Virus record (IMG/VR): IMGVR_UViG_3300019776_000296
Location: 3,762 to 67,761 of that record
Strand: one strand, 5' to 3'
DNA from: a virus
Length of the DNA stretch: 64,000 nt
Positions within the stretch are counted from its first letter, which is position 1. Every line of letters starts with the position of its first letter. The position numbers and the translations under genes were made by a program. The notes beneath the pieces are model-generated. The model was not told where the DNA came from. It saw only the letters and a list, made by a program, of their open reading frames with translations, and did no database searches. Positions 58,859-64,000 of the stretch are shown one piece after another.

Positions 58859-58927
58859 TGGCTTGTCTCGTCAGTACGCCGGGAGCCACCCGAACGTAGT
58901 CCCGTTGCTAGGCAACGGGATTCGACA
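58859..58927 (-). ncRNA. Type II hammerhead ribozyme HH3 (variant U15.1-A16.1, GAC site)
   Basis: UGUC GAAU CCCGUUGC-CUA-GCAACGGG AC|UACG-UU-CGGG-UGGCU-CCCG-G-CGUA CUGACGA GACA AGCCA. Confidence 0.85.
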
Positions 58928-58929
58928 AA

Positions 58930-59334
58930 CTAGTCGAGCTTCAGATCAGCGGGGAACGTGAACCCGCCGACATCACTCAAGCAGTCGGACATGAAGATCA
59001 GCGAGTCGAGGTCATCGAAGTCGGGATGGTCACTGAAGTCGAAATCGATTATCTCGCTTACGTTTTCGCCATCCGTGCTGTACCAGAAGTCATCGTCGCG
59101 GTCTGCTGTGGCGAGGTCGATATCCTGTTGGATACCTTGCATCTCATCCATTGCCGCGACGAAAGCCTCTGTGTGAGCAGTGATTTCGTTCTCGTCAACG
59201 TCGATCTCGTCTTCCTTGTAACCAACCAGCGTGACCAGTTCTTCGATGGCGAAGATTGCCGCCTGAAGGGCTGTCTCCCAACGCATTTCAGCAGTTGCTG
59301 GCATGCCGTTGATGTAGCCGCTGTTGTTGATCAT
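58930..59334 (-). CDS. Highly acidic protein (possible DNA mimic)
   Basis: 134 aa with 34 D/E versus 4 K/R by hand count; SD GGGAG. Confidence 0.7.
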   Translation of the reverse strand: MINNSGYINGMPATAEMRWETALQAAIFAIEELVTLVGYKEDEIDVDENEITAHTEAFVAAMDEMQGIQQDIDLATADRDDDFWYSTDGENVSEIIDFDFSDHPDFDDLDSLIFMSDCLSDVGGFTFPADLKLD

Positions 59335-59389
59335 GTTGTCTCCCAATGTGTTACACGGAACCGCCGTGCCGGTCTGCCTCAGTGAGGCA

Positions 59390-59449
59390 ACGTGGACTGT
59401 GGGACGTTCGAAGCCCTACTCCCCAACGAATTACGTTGGGGCACAGTCC
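59390..59449 (-). ncRNA. tRNA-like element TLE12
   Basis: GGACUGUG/CACAGUCC; CCCCAACG/CGUUGGGG arm; GGGC-UUCGAAC-GUCC; ACGU. Confidence 0.78.
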
Positions 59450-59461
59450 CTTTTGAACTAG

Positions 59462-59788
59462 TCAGCACCTAGCGTCGTGCCAGCCTTGAGCGAGTTTCTC
59501 TGCTGCCGCAAGGGTTTTCACCGTGCGCTGGTGCAGAATGATTGTCTTGCCGTGATGCTTGCCTGCCACCTTGTTCTGACGGCGGCGTGCCTGTCGTCCG
59601 TACCGTGCATTCGGATCACCGAAATGCGCTGTGAGAGAGCGACTTTGGAGGTACTCACGGGCAGCCTTGGGGTCGCTGATACGTTCCAGCACGGTGAATG
59701 TCTCACCGCAGTAGATGATGTAATCGACGTTGTGCCCCTTGGCATCTCGCACAATGCCCTGGACGCGCCAGTTCAATGTGTTTGACAT
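59462..59788 (-). CDS. Hypothetical basic protein (first clear gene of the leftward region)
   Basis: AAACACAAAGGGAGAGAAC leader before ATG at 59788. Confidence 0.65.
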   Translation of the reverse strand: MSNTLNWRVQGIVRDAKGHNVDYIIYCGETFTVLERISDPKAAREYLQSRSLTAHFGDPNARYGRQARRRQNKVAGKHHGKTIILHQRTVKTLAAAEKLAQGWHDARC

Positions 59789-59820
59789 GTGTTCTCTCCC
59801 TTTGTGTTTGGGGTGGTTAC

Positions 59821-59897
59821 CTGCCGGGTAGCAGGACAGGAAACAGGGTGCATTGCTGCACCCTGTATCCCGCTCAGACACCCGAAAGTGCCCGAAA
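59821..59897 (-). ncRNA. Long-hairpin element LH6
   Basis: GCGGGA-U-ACAGGGUGCA-GCAA-UGCACCCUGU-U-UCCUGU, then UGCU-ACCC-GGCAG. Confidence 0.5.
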
Positions 59898-62142
59898 CAC
59901 AATGGAATTGGGAAAGAGAGTACGCAGACAACATGAACCCGCCGCCAGTGGTATCACCGCACCTAAGCAAGCGTTTGGGAGAGCATGACGTACCGGCAGT
60001 TCAGCGGTTATCTGCGTTCGAATCACCTTGTCGCACACGGCTTTTGCTACTGCGCCTACTTAAACCAGCGGGTACAAACTTGCTGGCACCACGTTGCGTT
60101 GCAACGGGTTTCGGGTATCTGCCAAGCAGCTACTTACCTGGGTGATTCTCTCTGTTTTGGATTGCCTGCCAACGCTTTTGGGCGTTCTGGGCTGATTCGC
60201 TGGAAGAGGCGGGCTGCATGTACTCGTAGTATCTCCCGTTGGGAGACTTGCGAATTCAAGACCTAGCGTCTCAGTCACTTTGTCTCGCTTAACCTTTCCC
60301 ACTCCGTCCAGGTCAATCGACAATGTGCTGAAACATTCGGCACCGCACTGTAGATCTACTTCCGCACCGCCAGAATGCGACTGGCGCAACGCACGTCGAA
60401 ATCCCGTGCGTGCCTGCCGTGATTGTCCTGCCCCATGCCGCCTTCGACGTGATGCCGCGTGCGGGTGGATGGCCGGGTCTGCCGGTCTGGGTGCTGCTCC
60501 GCTGATTCAATCACGCCAGCACCCTGGTAGCAAGCACCCTATTTCCGCAGGTCAGAGGGTGTTTTTGAAACCTAATTTCGGGCACGTCAGATACGAAATC
60601 GTGAAAAGCGTTGGTAACAAACAACTTTCGAGTCCTAGCCGAACGCCCACCAGGACGAACGCCAACCCTGTTAGACACCCATATGAAACACGTTGCACCG
60701 CAAAGGATGTCGCTGGTTTGGCGCTAATCAGTGCAGGTCAAAGCGGTACTTGCATTGTGAAGCAACACATTTTGCCTGGTCACATCCCGTAGCAAACATA
60801 ATTCGGCACACCGCGGCTCTGGCGCCCCTTGAATCGGCGCAGGTCAACCAGGGTGAGCGACGAAACTCTGAGAATATCCGGCTAACTTGCGACCAGCACA
60901 CTTAATTTGTTTGCTGGTCGCACTTCCGAAATCGGACAATTGCCTGGTCACATACGGTGTGGGGTATTCGGCCAGCTAATTTTTACCCGTGCGTCAACCG
61001 TCGAGTGACATTGCGCCACAACAACTTTCGTCAGCGGTGCCCGATTGGGCTAATTTCTTAGGAAGTTTGCTGGGTAAATTTTCCACGAGTTTCCTAGCAA
61101 AATGCCAGCAAATTTTTGATAGAAACGGACATGTGTTGTGGCACAACAGATTTCGAGCGTCTACTCGCACAAATTGGTGCCGACACGCCGTGTCCAGCAA
61201 ACTTTAAGTTACCGAACGCTGATCGGCCAATCTGAAAGTGACTGTGCGCCAATGGATTTCGGAGATAGTTAGCACATCTCACTATGTGTGATTGTTGAAT
61301 CCGCAACATCTAGCTGGCCTAACAAAGGTAAGCCTTACCTAACCTGCTACCAACTGGTTGGTTGGATACGTCACTAAACCGACTAATGGTACAACCGTTG
61401 TGCCGCAACAACATTCGACCAAACATGCCACCTCAGCACGCCGAAAGTTGTTGTCTCCCTTTGTGACGGCACAACCCCCTATACCTAGCTGTACTAATCA
61501 CTTCTGTAACATCCGACCCCCGAAAAGTTTGCCCGAAACGCAAACACTTTCAAACACCCATTGGGGCACAACAACTTTCGCGACGTGACCAGGGAAAAGA
61601 AAGTTCTTGCGGATGCAACAATGTTTGCTAGACCACCCGAAACCCACCAAACCACCCCCGCGAAAAGCGTTGCGGCACAACAACACCATTTCAAAGTTGG
61701 CCGCTACCAACACATTTCAAAACACGCCTCGACGGCCACCAGGTCACCAGGACACGCCACCACGAGATGCGTTGCGCCACAACAACCCACAAAACACGCC
61801 CCGAACGAAACCCGTTGCGGCACAACAAAGCCGACAACCTCGAAACCGTGAAAACTGTTGCGTGCCAACAACTTAATAACCCACTCCCGGCCACCAGGTC
61901 GGCCCAAACATGGCCTGCCCCAACGCCATGCCATCCGCACCACCAGGACAGGCCACTACCGGCACCGTTCCCAATGGAATTCCCGGCCACCACCAACAAC
62001 ATTGCGCCGCAACGTAACTCGCCGCAGCCCGGTTGAATTGCGGCACGCCGCAACGGAATTCACCGCCACCTCAGACCCGCATCTCAGACCGCCGTCGCGG
62101 CCACCAGGTAGCACCGTCTCGCACAGTTTCGGAAGGCCATCC

Positions 62143-63533
62143 GAAACCTGTTGTGCCACAACAGATTTCAGCCACAATCGATGAATCACGTTCTGCCACA
62201 ACAACACTCACCAAACACACCACAACGGCGGCACGGCGGCACCAGGCGGCACCAGGCGAACACACCGCACCACACCCAACGAAACACGTTGCGCCACAAC
62301 ACATTTCACGCACCGCAGACGAAACCCGTTCTGCCCCAACACAATTCGCACAACGGCACCACACCGCACCACGGGGCAGCCGGTGAATGTGCAACGCACC
62401 TCAGACGAAACACGTTGCCCCGCAACACAATTCACACCACCAGAACCGAAACCCGTTCTGCCACAACACAATTCACGCACCACATCACGACACCACCAGG
62501 CCGCACCGTGGCACCGTCACACCACACCAGAACCGAAACACATTGCGGCACAACACAATTCACACACCAGGAAACGAAACCTGTTCTGCCACAACGGAAT
62601 TCACACCACACCACACACCAGACCGGCATGCCCAACCAGGCCGCACAATCCAAACCTGTTGTGCCCCAACACAATTCACACCACAGCACACCAAACACGT
62701 TGTGCCACAACACATTTCGTTGCACACCAGGCACCACACCGCATGCCACACCACACCACGCATGCCGAAATCCATTGCGCCGCAACACATCTCGCACACC
62801 ACTACCGAAACCTGTTGTGCCACAACGGAATTCATGCACCACGTCGCACCGTGACGACACCACCAGGATGGCCGGATATCGCCGTGATACCGAAACACGT
62901 TGCGCCGCAACGCATCCCATTCACACCATGCCCAAACACGTTGTGCCACAACGCAATTCGGCACCACGACAACGCACCACAACGCACCACAACAGACCGC
63001 AGAACACGAGATGCGTTGCGCTACAACAGGACTCGATTAATGCCGTCTCAAATCGCTTGTGCCACAACAGATTTCGGCATGCCACAACGGCACCGTGAGA
63101 CGTGCTGTAGGCCAATTACGTTGCGCTACAACGCATCTCACAATCACGCATCGAAACACGTTGCGAGACAACAGGATTCACTCACGACAACGCACCTCAG
63201 ACCATGCCGAAAACAGGCCAGAACGTGAGATGTCGCATGGCACAACGCATCTCGAATAACCCACAACCAAACACGTTGTGCCACAACAGATTTCGACCAT
63301 CCCAGAACTGGCACAACCGTCTCAAACATGAGTGAGACAACCGTACCGAAATAGCCGAAATCCGTTGTGCGACAACGCATCTCACAACGTGCGACGTGAG
63401 ATCGATTGTGCGACAACGAAATAGCTCAAAATGACCTGTTTTCGCAGTGTGTTTTCGCAGTACTCGAAATGCGTTGTGCCACAACAGATTTCGCCTCTCA
63501 GAACGTGAATCCTGTTGTGCGCCAACAGGTTTC
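62143..63533. repeat. Phased array of 24 palindromes (GAAANNN)GTTGYGNCRCAAC(NNNTTTC) in 12 pairs
   Basis: Cores read by hand from 62150 to 63514 with 40-41 bp spacing within each pair; looser copies extend back to about 61010. Confidence 0.9.
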
Positions 63534-63564
63534 GTTAAATGGTTGAATTTCGAAATTCGACCCT

Positions 63565-63609
63565 AATGTTGACACGAATTACATCCTCAATGTTGACGCA
63601 AATTACATC
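63565..63609 (+). repeat. Tandem direct repeat AATGTTGACRCRAATTACATC x2
   Basis: Copies at 63565 and 63589 (24-bp period). Confidence 0.75.
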
Positions 63610-64000
63610 GATCGTTGCAAGCGAAACTATCCTCTAGCAAACCAAGCAACTGCTTGGTTACCCCACTTAGGACACCCTAACTTAAATGCAATGCTTATGA
63701 AACCATCATCACAAACATGCAGGTCAAACATGGTTTACGTTTACCCAGGTAAACACACTGGCTCTGACCTGCGGAAACAGCCCTCATTTAGCGACATATT
63801 GAGAGTCCTTAGACCAAGTGCTAGCAGAGTTAGCACAATTTGCTGGGATTCAGCAAACCCAATCACAAACGGGTAACGAAACGCTCTGACCTGCGGAAAT
63901 ACAACGATGTTGTTTCGGATTCAACCAATATGTTTGCACTGGTAGTTAGCTAGGGGGTCACCCGCGACGGCACGACACGCGGGACACTTCAGCGGAATGC

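Noticed and set aside
48897-59449. tRNA 3'-half fragments as attP/attR integration scars
   Set aside because: Each element has a matching 5' acceptor strand with compensatory changes, there are 12 different ones, and no integrase is seen.
60040-60116. Fourth hammerhead (GAAA-CCCGUUGC-AAC-GCAACG on the minus strand)
   Set aside because: It resembles stem III of HH1, but no CUGANGA core, UH site or matching stem II follows. At most a relic.
62143-63533. CRISPR array
   Set aside because: Repeats are degenerate, spacing alternates short and long, linkers are low-complexity and resemble each other, and no cas operon is present.
60060-63876. ORFs in the right-end region, such as 62151..63098 and 62383..63228
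   Set aside because: They are His/Thr/Pro- or Val/Cys-rich translations of the repeat array, open in several frames, without SD or phage-like codon bias.

Overview
The window covers most of a tailed (siphovirus-type) actinobacteriophage genome, most likely infecting Mycobacterium or a relative (inferred from WhiB-like genes, NrdH, the lysin A/holin style and the tail module; no database search was run). 1-32.3 kb (+): end of the large terminase, head, neck and tail genes, a 2334-aa tape measure, a 2938-aa repetitive receptor-binding protein, lysis genes and NrdH. 33.5-46.9 kb (+): recombination and replication genes (ERF, PD-(D/E)XK nuclease, ClpP, SSB, initiator, DnaB, resolvase, two WhiB-like proteins, exonuclease, HNHs). 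47-59.8 kb (-): about 30 small early-type genes. 60-64 kb: ORF-poor DNA with a phased array of palindromes. The main finding is that nearly every intergenic gap of the minus-strand early region holds a structured RNA between a stop codon and the next ribosome-binding site: 3 type II pseudoknotted hammerhead ribozymes (2 with a non-canonical U15.1-A16.1 core), 12 tRNA-like elements lacking a canonical anticodon arm, and 6 long internally looped hairpins. Each is positioned to leave a stem-loop at the new 5' end. This suggests an interchangeable RNA punctuation system that cuts one long transcript into protected short mRNAs. All structures were folded by eye; activity is inferred, not shown.
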